Shown here: one piece after another, positions 1 through 13,968 of the stretch
Numbering within the stretch: the first letter of the stretch is position 1
Layout: each line of letters opens with the position of its first letter
Assembly: GCF_008831285.2 (NCBI RefSeq)
Contig: NC_045138.2
Location: forward strand, 22,258,001-22,322,000
Origin: Nymphaea colorata
Lineage: Eukaryota
Reading direction: 5' to 3'
Length of the DNA: 64,000 bases
Made by a program: the position numbers and the translations under genes
The notes under the pieces: model-generated
The model's input: only the letters and a program-made list of their open reading frames with translations
What the model was told of the DNA's origin: nothing
Databases searched by the model: none

Positions 1-2257
1 GTTGAATGAAGGAATCAAATCAATAAACAACAAAAAAGTTGGTTACAAAAATATGATTATAAATGACACTCTAAGCAAAGGGAAAGATTGTTTGAATGGA
101 CAAGCAATGGCATAATCTAAAGCAGGCTCTTCTTAGTTCACTTCCAAGTTTATAATGGAATATAGCTGTACCCTCAAATTTGTATAGCTAGTTGGACTTA
201 CGTTAAAATAGGAAATTGGCACTACGTTAGCTTATGCTTGCTTCTGGGCAACAAACTAATTCAAATTTATCTATGTCACATGGTTCACTAGGCTACTTGT
301 GTCATGCCCATGGTTATTGGTCCCTATGCATTAGCATCAGACGTGTGCATAATTCTTTGATCATTTCATCTGGATAATTGTATGATCTTAGTCTAGATAT
401 CATATTGATATCCGGAATTTGAAGGATGAAATTGAATGTTACTCGTAGGAGAATGCCACATTATCGCTGAAGTATAAATTTGTAGCATGGATATAATTGC
501 TGTAGCCCTATCTCTATAAAACCGCTTATAGTTTGATGTCTATAAGCCCTTTCAGAGAGGCTATCAGGAGGTTAACTGAGTAAGGGAGAATATAGATGAG
601 CAAAAGTTCTCTCTCTCTCTGTCTGCTATATTTGAGAACATATATCCCATGGAAATTTCTCTATGCAAACATATCAATTAAGTTCTGCTACAAAGATAAT
701 TCCGATTGGAAAAATTAGTTATGAAAATGTGTTAGCAACTTAGGTTTATGCTGAATTTGTTCATTCAGCCATGGGCTTGCTTGGAAAAGGTTGCATCCTA
801 TGAATATAAAACATGCCTGCAATTCATGAACTAATAAGGATGTAAAAGACTCATCTCAGACACGTTACAAGAGGTAGCACCAAGGAGATCATATTCAAAT
901 TTGGGGACTCCACACATTTACATGGTTCCTTTCTTTCTAGGCCCCATGATGGGAACAGCAATTTGACCTTCATCAAGGCTCTAGACCTTTCATTGGAAGA
1001 AAGATTAGAAGCTAAACCATGTTTTGCGTTTGAACTGTGCTTATTAGAACTCAAATAAGCGTAAAATAATGCTGCAGAGACATAATCTCCATAATCTAAT
1101 GATTATATTTCGATGTAGTTTGAGAATCACGGTATTGTCTTTCATGCTTCAACCCACAATTGATGCACCTTGGTTTTACCTCACTAGGTGTGTCATTGCC
1201 CCAATTATGATTCACGTGAAACGTAATTTCTTAGATAATGACATTTATCATGCATAAAGTTGATGACCAATTTAAGTATCAAATGAGTTCTTTTGTTTGT
1301 ATAATTAATGAAGTATGGTTATAATTATTCTAGTTTCTTGTAGCATATTAAGAATAGCATGTAAATTTTCCTCCAAAAAAGAAAAAAAAATGACGAGCAT
1401 TAGTGATGGCCATATTTATTGGACAATTACAGAACTGTACATCAGGGCAGCATTACATGCATGTGTAAGAATATTTCTAAGTTTACGTCTATTTTAAAGT
1501 TGGAATTCACTTTAAAAGCCAATCGAACTTTTGAAAATTCTTGTTAGAGCTCAAGATTTTTAGAAACAGATGAGAAGGAATTAAGATGCCGCCTTTGAAT
1601 GTTTGACATTGGCTGAAACTACAAGGAAAGCCTATTAGTAGCTTGATCAGAAATTTAGATACGTAATTTATATGTTCTTCATTTGTCTACGGAAGTTGCG
1701 AAAAAACCTACATTTTCTACAGGTAAAATTTTGTTAAATCTCATTTCAAGAGAGAATCTTACCAAGAATAAACCCTATGACATTTTTAACACTTTTGCAC
1801 AAAATTTTAAAATTATATTTTAGTAGGTATACCGTTGCAAATGCAAAATATAAGAAAGATGTATGATGACTACAAAAATAAGTATAATGAATTTTCAAAA
1901 CTATACTCGATTCTGTAAAATCGTGATATTTACAAGTATTATTTGTGATACATGTCCCAAAACATTTATTTTATATGTTAAGAATCGAGTTTGATGACAA
2001 GCTTGTGCTTCCATGTACGTACAAATTTTTTGGCTCTGTTGCCGCTTTATCATGAATTTCTAAAGCATTTTTCGTTTTCATTATCTCCAAAACGACAGTC
2101 AATTAGAAGACCCGCATCCTACAATGCCATGCAGCATCAAGATCTCAAAACCTAAATTACTTTAAGGGGATGTTCAATACCCATATAAGAGATTGTCACT
2201 GCCCAGTGATTTTACCCCAAAATTTAGGGTTGGTCATCGAACACTGTGTTATATGTA

Positions 2258-2693
2258 CAGATGTCAATATATCCGATTTGAATCAGACATCTGACGAACT
2301 GAACCGAAAAAATCGAATATAAAAAAAAATTAATATCCTATTAAGAAATTGGATCGGATTTAGATTTAATAAATGACATCTAATTGGATTCGGATATACA
2401 TAAATATCTGATCAGATTCAGATACAGATTCAGATCAGATTTATTTTTAGATAAATATCTTGTATCTAATGCTATTAAATTTTGAAAATTGACAAAATCC
2501 GATTCAAAATTCGGATTCGGATATAAATATAAAATCAGTTTCGGATTGCAAAATCGAATTTTGGATTCAGATTCAGATATCGGATTCAGATATGTCTTTT
2601 TTTTATTCGAATTCGAATATGAGTATGTGAATATTCGAAAAAACATATATGATTAAGAATACATCAGATTCAAATCTGATTCGTTGACATCAA
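2258..2693. mobile_element. MITE with atccga/tcggat subterminal repeats
   Basis: Ends cagatgtcaa and ttgacatc, with dense gattcaga/ggattcgg repeats. Confidence 0.75.
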
Positions 2694-5090
2694 GGTTTCA
2701 TTAATCTATCTTCATGTATGAGCAGTTTCACTAGACAGTAGCAGTTTGTTATTGATGCCAAAATGTCTCTAATCCATTGATGGAGTACCTAAAGCCGAGA
2801 AATCCAAATCCTGAGACATTCAATCTCTTGCCAGTCATGGAGGAAAAAAATGAAGTGACATTTTTTCCCATGCATCTGCTTCCATATCATATCATATCAT
2901 TTATGTAAAAATGTTTTCATACATGCACCAAATATACTACCAGCCAAGTCAAAAGTCAAATCCCCTTGTAAGAATAAGCTAATTTTCATATGTCTGCATA
3001 TATATCTTTCAGCTAGACATTTAATGAGTCTAAGGGGCGGTCCTTGGCGATACGTGAATATTCTTTGCAGGTTTTGACTGTTTCTACTGCTGCATCTTCA
3101 GGATGCTTCTGTTTGTTCGACATGACTACTTCTCAAGATTCTATTTCCTTAGTACTATCAGCCGTCAGCAGGGAGGAAACTATTAACCCGCCAACTTTTA
3201 CTTTGTCCGTCATGCTTGGCCTTGCCCTCCAAACACTCTGCCCTTCTTTTAGTTTGTGATGTCGGAGTAATAATGACCTCATGTGCTACTGCTTGTTTGC
3301 GCATGAGAAGAGGGCGCACATGTTCCTGCTCATCTGCCAAGCTTTTTGAATTCCGAGTTGTCTTGTTCAATTATTTCCATCATTGAATGAAATGCAGCCA
3401 GTGTATCCGCATGGTTGATGCTTTAAATGATAACCGTCTGTCGTCAACAAAATAAATGGTGGAGATTGTCCATCTCTCCCACAACGATTTAGCTGATTGT
3501 AAGATAAAAGAGTTTTTTCAATGACAATTCTAACTTATTAACTAATTTCTTGTTTGAAAAAAGAAAAGAAGAGATACTCGAGTCCCTTTGAGGTACACAA
3601 CAGTTTGTTGGTGGGTGTCTCGCCGTAAGAAGGCGTTTGATGACCACAAGACATGCAAGACATGCAGAACAGAACACACATGTCTTCTTTAATTAATTTT
3701 TTTATCAAACACCATCTGCAATACAGAATGGACACGAAAGACAAGTGAATATGGGGTATAAATTACCTTTGATTCTACGCTGTTCTAAGCTAACCCTCTG
3801 AATAGCGCAGAGCAAAACATCAAGAGAGCATCTCCCACCCCTGAGCTGCCCTCTAGTCAAGCCCTTTCTCCTTTGAAATCTTGCTCTCATTTTTCTCTCT
3901 TTCTCTTCTTTTTTCTCTCGCTCCTTCCCTTTATTTGTCTCTTATTTGTCTTAACTAGGATTTTTACTCCTTTGCATCGATCGATTTAGGGTTCTTCTCT
4001 CTTTTCTCCCGTTGTCTCTCTCCCTCCCTCCCTCCCTGCTATCCTTGGATGTCTGGGGTGGAGAGGGGTTGGAAGAGAGACGGTGGTCGTTAGGGCTCTC
4101 TCTCTCTCTTGCGTCACCTTTTTTTTTTTTTTTAAGTTGAAGTAGCCCTATACCCTAAGGTTAAAGGAAAAAATGGAGGAGCATCTATAGGGTCTTCGAT
4201 TGTTCAGGTCACTCCAACAGACAATTGAATGGAAGAAACTGACAGATGTTCCCTTCAAATTGAGAAGCGAATGTTTTTGAACAACGTTCAAAAGAAAAGA
4301 CTCTGGCCGGGTTTGAAAAAACACACACCTAACAAAACAGGTACTACTACTGAAAAAAAAAAAAAAAGGTCTGCAAGAAGTTGGTTTTCTGCACTTAAAG
4401 TTGCGACTTGCTAATATGTCAGATCTGGTATAAGATTCTTCACATTTTTAGCTGTACCATGTTAGATTTAACGAAACCAAGAATATACTTGTGTGTCCCA
4501 CATCCGGTTAGTTATGTTCATATACCGCACAAGATTCTTTTGAAATTTCTTACCATCGTTGAGCTTCCTTCAATCAAATAATCACTAGAATTCAGGTTTG
4601 TTCTCGAGAAATGACAAAATGGGGATCCCGCACTCGGGGAAAGAACTCAATTGCACGTGCTGGTTCAAACTTTTCAGCAAGAAGGTTTGCGTTGGCTAAT
4701 CCCTTTTGCCTGTAAGTCAAATTTGTCTGTGCTTGAGTCTCCCAATAACCTGCTATGATCATTTAATTAATCTCCATTAGAGGCCAAGCTTGTCGAGGCA
4801 CGGTACTTTTATTCCATTCGCTATTCAGAGTCACCGGGCTTTCCTCTGGTTTTAATTGTCAAAATCAACACAAACTTAGGTTCTTGGACTCATTTAACAC
4901 GCCATTCATGTAGGGACATCTAACATGAGCCCTCCCAAGAGATGCAGAGTTTTCTTTTTCCTTTTGGAAGAGCAAGATTTATAAGAACAGCCTGAAAATG
5001 ACAAGAGCCGTCTCTGCAATTGCTTTTGTATGCACACACTAGCAACAGGAAGAGGGGGAGAAAGCACTTGATCCATTTGACGGCCGGAAT

Positions 5091-7057
5091 CTACCGCTGC
5101 CGGTTGTTGCCAATGGTGAAGGCTCTCTTCCACCAAATCTCGAAGGCGGCCCTGAGGTCCAGACACCCATCCCTCCCGACCCGACAGAACATAGCTGCCC
5201 ACTCCATGAGCACCCTCCCCTGCTCCTCCACCGGCAGCGTCAGCACCGTCCTGCACACCCCCTCCTCCACCTCCGCCCGCTCCTCCCCACACCACGCTGC
5301 CACCACCCACCGCGAGTCCTCCATGAGCCACCCCAGCCACGTTCGGGCCAGAGCGCACCTCGTCGCGCTCGACGCGAACGCCTCCCCCTTCCCGATCGCC
5401 ACGCAGAGCCTCGCCGTCACCCTCCCGGCCGACCGCCTGACCGCGGAACTCACCCGCGCCTGCAGCCCCGCGAGCTCCCCGAACTCGGACCACGCGGCCA
5501 CCACGTCGCCGGCGGCACGCCGCCCCGCCAGCACGCCCACCACCCACAGAAGGTGTTCCGCCTGCCGTGCTGCCAGGGCCGGAATGGGGCCCACGGCGTC
5601 TCCGGCATCGGACGCTCGAACGAACAGGACCAGGAGGGCGTGCATGCACGCGTGGTAGGTGACGTGGAGGGCCTCGGTGATCGCCGTTGGGTCGGCGGTA
5701 TCGGAGCTCGCCGGTTTTAAGAGGAGAAGCCTGGAGAGGAGGGACTGGGTCTGGGTTCGCGCTCGATCGTGGGTGGCCCGCTCCAGCAGCTGGATGATCT
5801 GTGAAATGGGCTGGTCCGGCGGTGGCTGGGGAAACGGTGGAGGAAATCCCAGCCGCCGGAGGACGCCGGCTTGGAGAGCTTCAACTTCCGGGTCGTCGGG
5901 TCGGATCCTACGAACCGCAGCCACCACCTGCTGCTCCTCTTCCTCCCCAACCCAGGGTACGGCCTCCATGTACACGAGGCAGGCGTAGACTCCCGGGTGA
6001 AAGCCAATTGAGTTGGAAACCTGCACTTGCAGCAGTTGCACAGCAAGCTAAATTTAAGGATAAACTAAGTTGAGAGTCCGCCATTAATGTCCTATCTAGA
6101 TTTGAGTTCAAGAAAGAACTATACATGTTCCAACTGGTGAAACATTCTAAATGGATTTGGAATTATTTTGGACGCTTGCAAGCTTGGACTATTGGTGAAC
6201 AATAAGACGGCGACAAAGTAAAAGCAAACAAGAATGAAATCAAATCTCCAAACCAATTATGCAGTTAATAGTTAAAATTAATAAGAGAATAAGAAACAAA
6301 AAGTAGGATTTGAATAAAAAAGAAGAACTCGGTTGGGTACACAAGAACACATCTACAAACCCGTCCTTCATTTGAATTGGAGGTTGTAAACTTTTCCAAC
6401 TGACGAATGCAAGGAGATCAAAGCAGGAACAGAGAGGAAAGAAAATGGCACCTTGAGGATTCGGAGGACTCTTTGGAGGGAGTGGTGCTTAAGGAGGGCG
6501 CGCTTCAAATCCTTGGAGTACATCAACCCGATGGTCTCCAGGTACATCTCCACATCCCCACATCCACGGATCTCCACCAGAGCCGGCGAACTGAACCGGC
6601 CGGAGAGGCGGGTTCGGAAGAAGCTGCTCTTAGCGATAAGCACCTGCTTGTGGACCCTCAACCGGACGGTCAGCCCCTGCTTCCCGGACAAGGTCAGCTG
6701 CAGGTCCCTGCTCTCGATTTCGCCGAACCCCACCGTCACCCTCTCCTCCTCCTCGGCCGTCGATGTGGGAGGCGCGGCCGGGCCTGATTTCGAAGCTGTG
6801 GCGCGGTTCTGTGGTGGCGCGCTTGGTAACGTTTTGGGGATGTGAATGGCAGGCGACCTTGAACTTTGTTGAGAAGCGGTTGCTGGCGATGCAACTGCTC
6901 TGTTGGTGGCGGTGGCGGAGACGGCGGGGAAGGGGCAACACCAGAGGCTATCAGAAGGAGCTACGGCAACAGGTGCTAACCTGATCCTTTTCCTGTTTGC
7001 TTCTTCGAGAACTTTGGAGGTGGCTTTGCCATGGACGACTGATCCTGCGTTCGCCAT
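5091..7057 (-). CDS. BTB/POZ domain-containing protein, plant At1g63850/At5g60050/At3g50780-like family (2 exons, about 511 aa)
   Basis: Exon 1 is 7057-6452 (ATG; ...LRILK|gtgcc donor) and exon 2 is 6020-5091 (tgcag|GTT acceptor, phase 0). Family motifs: 'DLQLTLSGKQG..VRLRVHKQVLIAKSSFF', 'DVEMYLETIGLMY', 'CLVYMEAVPWVGEEEE', 'RVTARLCVAIGKGE', 'VLTLPVEEQ' and 'AFEIWWKRAF'. Confidence 0.9.
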
Positions 7058-8369
7058 GAACTTCAGCGAGCGAGAGAGATTGAGAGAGAGAGAGGCGAGG
7101 CTTGGTAGTTATGATGTGAAGCATGGGAATCTTATTGGCGTCTGTCTTTGAACACGCGTGGTTAAAAGGTAAAATGAGGAAGAAGATGAGGAGAATGCGT
7201 GAGAAGAGGTGATGATTTCGGGGAGCCTCCTTTTCAAATTTAAGACGGGTAAAGAACAGTGGAAATAAGATCCTTCTCTATAAAGGAGCAGTTGTTTACG
7301 AATAACGAGGGAGGAAGAAGCGGGGGTGAAGATATAAAAGGAGGAGAAGGAGATGAGTGGGAGAGGGGAGAGTTACGAGGGTGGGATCCTCATTCGTGAT
7401 CATGACGCCGCTGTCACATATAGCAGTCTTTGTCTGGTCAAGTCACGTAAAAAAGAAATCCATGCGGTGAAAAGAATGGCAACAACAAACCACACTTTTA
7501 AAAGCAGAAGCACATGCCTTTTTATCACTTTAATCTACGGAAAACATAAACATCATCAATATGTTTCTTTCCTCTTTTTAAATTAATAGATGGCAGTATA
7601 TTTATATATCCTCTAGCCTTTCCAACCTCCTTCCAAAATGTCCACAGGGTTGGAGGATTTCTTTATCTATAGAAACTATAGATAAACCTGATCGGAAGAA
7701 TCTAAAGATTATATATATAGTTTGTCTTTGTCATTTGACATTTTAATTTATTTTTGATAATTTTCACTCTACTGACCGACTTGTGTTGTCTTAATTGTAG
7801 GGATAACAAATATGTTATTTTTCCGTTTTAAGATGGATTTATGAGTCAAAAAGAATATTTTTGAGACCCTTTCTTACAAAATTTGATTTACACATCAAAT
7901 TTCAAGAAATTGTTTTTAATCTTGTACTTTACATATTACGAATCTATTCATGTGGCTAACAAAGCTACGATCATTGATTTTCAAATTTATAAAACTTGAA
8001 TTGTACATCAAATTGTTTCATTGCAAATTTGGTTGTCAGATACTTAAGAGTTAAAAGACTCATTTACGGAAACGTGGTTTCGAAATTGCTAGATCGGTAC
8101 ATCTTTGTTCATTCTGTACGATTATCAAGTGGAGGTATTCATCTTAGCGTATGTTCATGACATAATAGTCATGGGTAGCAGTGAAGTAGAAATGATAAAA
8201 CTTATTGGTCAACGTGGAAAAGAATTTTCCATTAACAACTTAGGAGACCTGCATCGTTTTTTTAGAAATTGATGCCCAGAAGACGTCAGGTGGACTTGTG
8301 TTGAGGTAGCAAAAATATATTATGCTTCGCCTGAGAGTGAAAATGGAAGAAGCTAGATCCATAACTGCT

Positions 8370-9031
8370 CCCATGGCCACAACGAGTATATGTGATGATG
8401 AAAGAAAGTTCAATGATGCTACTCTTTACTGTAGGACAATGAGGGTAGTAGAGTTTGTAGAATTCATGCATTCTCAAAATGAATATCACTAGGCCGCTGT
8501 CAAGAAAATTTTGTGTTACTTAAAGGCCACCATACATGAAGTAGTAATTTATTCATGCCTCATCTAACATATCCCTAAATGATTTTACAATTATCGATTG
8601 GGCTTGGTAGCCCCTAGGTCGATATTCTACTGCGGATATGTTGTTTTCTTTGCAAAACACTTGTCACTTGAAGCTCCAGAAAACAATCTATTGTATCCCG
8701 CTCAAGTATTGATGAATACAAGGCTTTGACAAATGCAGCGATATATAATGGATGCAATATTTATTGACTGAGCTTAGCATCAAACTGAATGTTATACCAA
8801 CAATATGGTGCAACGACATTGAAGTGACATGCTTGGATTCACACCCTATTTTCACAATCACACCAAACATGTGGAGTTTGATTTACTTTTTGTCAAGGAA
8901 AATCTTGCAAAAAAGCAATTTTATATCCAACATATATCCTCAAAGGATCATATCACAGATATTTTCAGATTGTCACATATATCTTAAAACCAAGAGGCAT
9001 ACTGTGACAACCCCATGCAGTTGAGAGGAAA
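8370..9031 (+). mobile_element. Ty1/Copia RT-RNase H remnant followed by a polypurine tract
   Basis: Peptides 'FMHSQNEYH*AAVKKILCYLKAT', 'SRSSIDEYKALTNAA', 'IWCND' and 'FHNHTKHVEFDLLFV...ISSKDHITDIF' resemble Copia pol. They are followed by 'ttgagaggaaa|tgttag', a PPT and probable LTR start at about 9032. Confidence 0.8.
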
Positions 9032-9379
9032 TGTTAGACAAAACAAGGATGCATAGGGTTTTGATGATACAACTGACAAAACTACTGCAAGCCATCAAGG
9101 AGGAAAGTCCGTCACAATGGAGATGAATACGAGATGCTAAAATTCTAACAATAAGGCTAGATTCGATTGTAATCAGTTCGGCAAGCAAAATCCAGAAAAT
9201 GAGGAATCTTGTAACTGAAAATCTCAAGGCCATGGTGATTTGTTAAATATGGCCAAACATTAATTGAATGTGATTGTGTAAGTGAAAGCTCCATTGATCA
9301 AACCTCATCAAATCATGTGCATGCTCTACGCATGTGATTGACAATATTTTTCTGCACCCAAAGCTATTATTACTTTATG

Positions 9380-11300
9380 ATGTTTCAGGTAAGAGTCATG
9401 CTTGTAGAGGAAGGGGAAGTAGAGGAGCAAAGTGGTGGTTTTGTTTAAAGATGTAAGCAATGTCTGCTTCCCTCATCTTGAATTGAGAGAAATAGATGGG
9501 AATTGGAAAAGCATATGCATACCCAAAGAAGCAATCCTTGGGGTGAATTGAGGGATGCCTCATTTTGAAATGAAGGTTATAGCATGCAATGTTTGGGGTT
9601 TCATTTGGGGGGCAACCGAAAGAGAAGTTCATCAGCTATCATAGTGTAAGAGTTCAAGCAAATTCATCCTAAATTTCAGGGCAAAAGGATAAAGGTTTTG
9701 CAACAGCAATAGCTCGCATGGTGACTAGTACGTTTCTTCACTATACCATTTCAGAATATTGAGATGGGCAGAGGGCCATAGTCATTTCCTTCCTTTCCTT
9801 CTATCAAGGGGAAGCCATTGGGAGGGAAAGGGGAAACTACCTGATTGCTCCTGATTTTTGTGGCAGCGAATATGTCCATCAGTAGTGCCATTTGCATCAA
9901 AAAGTTTGTGTGCTATATGTGGAAGCTGATTGCTATATTTTCGGTTGTAAACTATTGACACCAAACTCCTCACAAGTATCTCTGAAGTTTGGCAATCCAC
10001 GTTGAACCTTGTTAAAATGTTTGAAAATGATTGTTCTGTCTTCCTTTACTCCATCAACCAGCACACCCAAAACAAGCAATTTTGCTTTTGGTAGTTTTCC
10101 GCATTCACGGTTCATTGGACTTCATAATATTTGTCATTAGGGCTTATTTTACTTAACAATGATTATTAGGGTTCTTCTCCATCCATTTGTGCAAAAATGT
10201 TTTTAGGGCATAGCTACTATTGTTGGATCATCTTCCTTTACTAAAGACAACCATAGTTTGAGGCCACTATCTGCCACAAAGATGAATCATATTGATTTCA
10301 TGGTGCTTCTAACTTTTATCCCTTAATTGCAACTTAAATCTAAAATTCTTTTGACATGACACGTTGAACCTTGTTAAAATGTTTGAAAATGATTGTTCTG
10401 TCTTCCTTTACTCCATCAACCAGCACACCCAAAACAAGCAATTTTGCTTTTGGTAGTTTTCCGCATTCACGGTTCATTGGACTTCATAATATTTGTCATT
10501 ATGGCTTATTTTACTTAACAATGATTATTAGGGTTCTTCTCCATCCATTTGTGCAAAAATGTTTTTAGGGCATAGCTACTATTGTTGGATCATCTTGCTT
10601 TACTAAAGACAACCATAGTTTGAGGCCACTATCTGCCACAAAGATGAATCATATTGATTTCATGGTGCTTCTAACTTTTATCCCTTAATTGCAACTTAAA
10701 TCTAAAATTCTTTTGACATGAATTAGAAGAAACAAAACACTGCTAGATGTACACTTTCAAAAATAATGGTAATCCCTTAGGTGTGAGACAACTGAAACTG
10801 CATCTTTGACTTTTTCCCCTTTCTTATGGGATGATGTGAAACCCACATCTTTTACACACTAAATCTAGCTTATACCTCCTTTTGAAAAACATCATCTTTG
10901 CAAGGTTTTTTTTGCTATGATTACTTTATGGTTGATACAAACATTTGATTACTTTATGGTAGCTTACTATATGTTTTTCTCCAATTCAAGTGTCAGGCCA
11001 ACATAACGAGCATGAATATCACAAAAAAGCAATGATAGCACTACCTCTGTTAGGGGATCTGATTTAAATTTGGTGTGTACATGAAGCATTGCTTTTGTGG
11101 TTCAGGCTTAAGACATCAGTAGTGTTGATAGCTTGAAGAGAAAATGTGATTCATGTAAGGCTAAGGGAATAATCATATTTGATGTCTGGATTTATTATGT
11201 GTCTGCTAAATGTGACTACAAAAATTGGCTTGAATATAGGGTTGATATTGTATATGTGGGTGATACATTTGAATGGGTAGAGAGTATGGTGAAATGGTGT
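9380..11300 (+). mobile_element. Probable decayed L1-type LINE 3' region (post-RT/zf-RVT-like)
   Basis: 'NWKSICIPKEAILG' resembles W..IC.PK..GGLG, with weak zf-RVT-like remnants downstream. No intact ORF remains. The region contains the 362-bp tandem duplication. Confidence 0.4.
9998..10721 (+). repeat. Near-perfect tandem duplication, 2 x 362 bp
   Basis: Copies are 9998-10359 and 10360-10721, from 'cacgttgaacc' to 'ttttgacatga'. I saw two substitutions: cattag/cattat and cttcct/cttgct. Confidence 0.95.
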
Positions 11301-11727
11301 TAGCTTGATAAATGAGGAATCAAACAGAAAGATGGATTCTCCAAGATGCTCCGATTCTACCTGCACCCCCTTTTTCCCTTTTCTCTTTTCTCTTAGGAAA
11401 AAGGGTTAAGAATTACCTGTCTTCTGTTTAGAAACGAGCAAGAGATTTTGTGTTGAGTTTATTTGGAGACATGTCTATTTGTACAGCCACATCCCTCAGT
11501 GGATGACTTCTTATATAGAGAATTACTGATCATGGTCATTATAAGTGGAGGATCAACTATCAAGTAGCATATTAGGCGGCAGCGGCAAGGTGGTCGGGCT
11601 CCTCTAAGGACTCAGGTTCGAGTCTTGGAGTGGTCACTATTACGACCCAGTGTGTTATACTTATGGCCCATAAAAGGGCCTGAAGCATGCTTTGTGATAA
11701 TCCAGGAGGGGCCAGTGGCCTCTCTTA

Positions 11728-13548
11728 GGGGCCGTTTGATGGCCTGGAAAAAAATTTCTGGAAATATATTGCTGGAAATATGGGAAATGGAAAAATGGAA
11801 TGAGAAAAATTTTTCCGATTCTAATTTTCGTGTGTGTGTGATGACTCAGAAATATATTTACAATTCTATATTTCTGAGTTTGATGGTACAGAAATATATT
11901 TCCAGAAATTTAATTCGTAGTTTGATGATATGGAAACATTTGTCCGGATTTACAAATGAAGAACATGCATAAGAAAATAACGACATGAAGACAAATGAAT
12001 GACCTGCATAAGAAAATGTCTACCATAGAAAATGTGAAGTCACCTTAATCAAAATAAGGGTGCCACTTTTACAACTGAAGCAATTAATGACTCAATGAGC
12101 AGGTTCTTAGTTTAATTCACATAATTCAATCAAGATTTGCATAATCAAACATATAAGAGCAGACCACACAGAACCATCACAATTCAACCTATTTAATTTG
12201 TAAATTAGGCTAAACTTGGTTCCTTCTGGTTTCTTGTTGATTTCTTACTTTTCTTTCATCGCTTTCTTCCTTATACAATTACACAAAAAATCAATATTCC
12301 GATAAATTTCTCTGCTCATTACAACTGCTTGCCTTGAAATGAAAGCAACCTTCATTAAAGTTCGGTCTCAATTCTTAAATATCTAGTTCTTGACAAGTCA
12401 ATCTCTATGGAATGACATAATTTGTCATTTTTCATATTTTAACCAAGCTTGTAATCCTAATTGATTCTTTCATCAAGCAACTCAAACATACATGATACAA
12501 TAAAGTAGTCATAAAGGATAATTTAAGCAACTTAAATTCGATATCAGCATCTAAACTTGAATCTGTTTAGCATGTAACTAAACAAATCAAGGTTAAGCAA
12601 GAGGTCAATTATGTTCAATCTACTATATTTATCTACTTTCATGATCCATACACCAAATAATTAAGCAACTCATAGACAAACATTAAAATCAGATGTCCTA
12701 ACAATATATTGCATGTTTCAATGTAACCATCCATGCTTCAACAAACTAAAGAAACAAGAATACGTACTTTAATTTCACTATACTAAAAACATGCTGAAAT
12801 TGACTCCTCCACAAGAGGAGACCATACGCACCACAACCCTCTTGGGAGTCCAAGAAAATACGCTTTCTAAAAACATGCTGAAATTGACTCCTCCACACTC
12901 AGTTCACTCAATTTCTCTCCATATCTAAGGAAACCCCCAAAATTTACCCAACGTAAGTACCCACAAAGCAAACCTGAATAAAAAATAAAGCCACTACATC
13001 ACAAAATTCATGCCATGAATTGTTAAAACTACATTCAGATGGGCAAGCTAATTGTCCAAACCATTAATCCAATAGAAAAATTAACGATTAAAAGAGAAAA
13101 TTGAAAATCTCAAAAGATTGCTTCCTTGCTGTTAGTGCCCTTCTTCTTCCTCGCGTTCCTCTCTCTCTTTTCCACCGAAAAAGCAATTGGTCGCCGGAGA
13201 ATGAGTTCCCTGCTAGGGAGGAATCTCTAAAAGGAGAAGAACCCACAAATGGATTGATGCTCACGGTAGAGGCAAAAAACAAAAAGGGGATTGATGCTCA
13301 CGGCAGAGGCTGAAAAATAAACAAAAACGCCTGAGAAAGAATCAGAGAGGGCAGAGGAGAAGAATAAACTCTTCATGAGAACAGAAACAAAAAACATGCG
13401 TGCAGACATGACCTCAGAAGAAACATTGCAGACATACAAAAACAAAAAGGGGATTGATGCTCACGGCAGACATCAGAGCTTCATTTTCAGTCGATGCACC
13501 CGTAGGGATTCAAAATGCCTACTTGGAGAGGGGAACAAGAGAGAGAAT

Positions 13549-13582
<34 letters not shown>

Positions 13583-13968
13583 ATAGCTTGCGAGAAAGAG
13601 AGGGACGGGAGGCTAGCGGCTGCACTGAGAGGAGGCGTGGAGGCATGGAGCTGTGATGCGGAGGGGGAGAGGAGGCACGCGAGTGAGCCTTCTGTGGGTG
13701 GGTCGATGAGAAAGAAGAGGGAGTGGTTGCGGCACAGGAAGGAAAAGAAGAAACGCGAAGACGCGCTCGCGTGCCCTAACGAGCAAAAATAAAATTCCGG
13801 AAAAATATCTCCGTCTCTCCAGACGGAAAATTTTTTCCGGAAAAAATTTCCGGAATTCGACTTCAACGGTCGAAAAAATCTTTCCATGTTTGATACGATG
13901 GAAAATTTTCAAAAATTTGAATTATTTTTCTCGATGAACAGTTCTTTTTCGGCACATCAAACGCCCCC
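11728..13968. mobile_element. Non-autonomous PIF/Harbinger element (about 2.24 kb)
   Basis: TIRs are GGGGCCGTTTGATG and CATCAAACGCCCCC (13 of 14 match). TTA target-site duplications lie at 11725-11727 and 13969-13971. Subterminal ggaaa/tttcc repeats are present and there is no transposase ORF. Confidence 0.88.
13551..13579. repeat. (GA)n microsatellite inside the Harbinger element
   Basis: Direct read of the sequence. Confidence 0.9.

Noticed and set aside
4906..6984. Long alternative-frame and antisense ORFs (for example 247 aa and 212 aa) over the BTB gene
   Set aside because: They are shadow ORFs of a GC-rich exon, low in complexity and with no recognisable motifs.
13088..13912. Cluster of ORFs rich in ER/RE or SL repeats
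   Set aside because: They are produced by the (GA)n tract and purine-rich TE interior.
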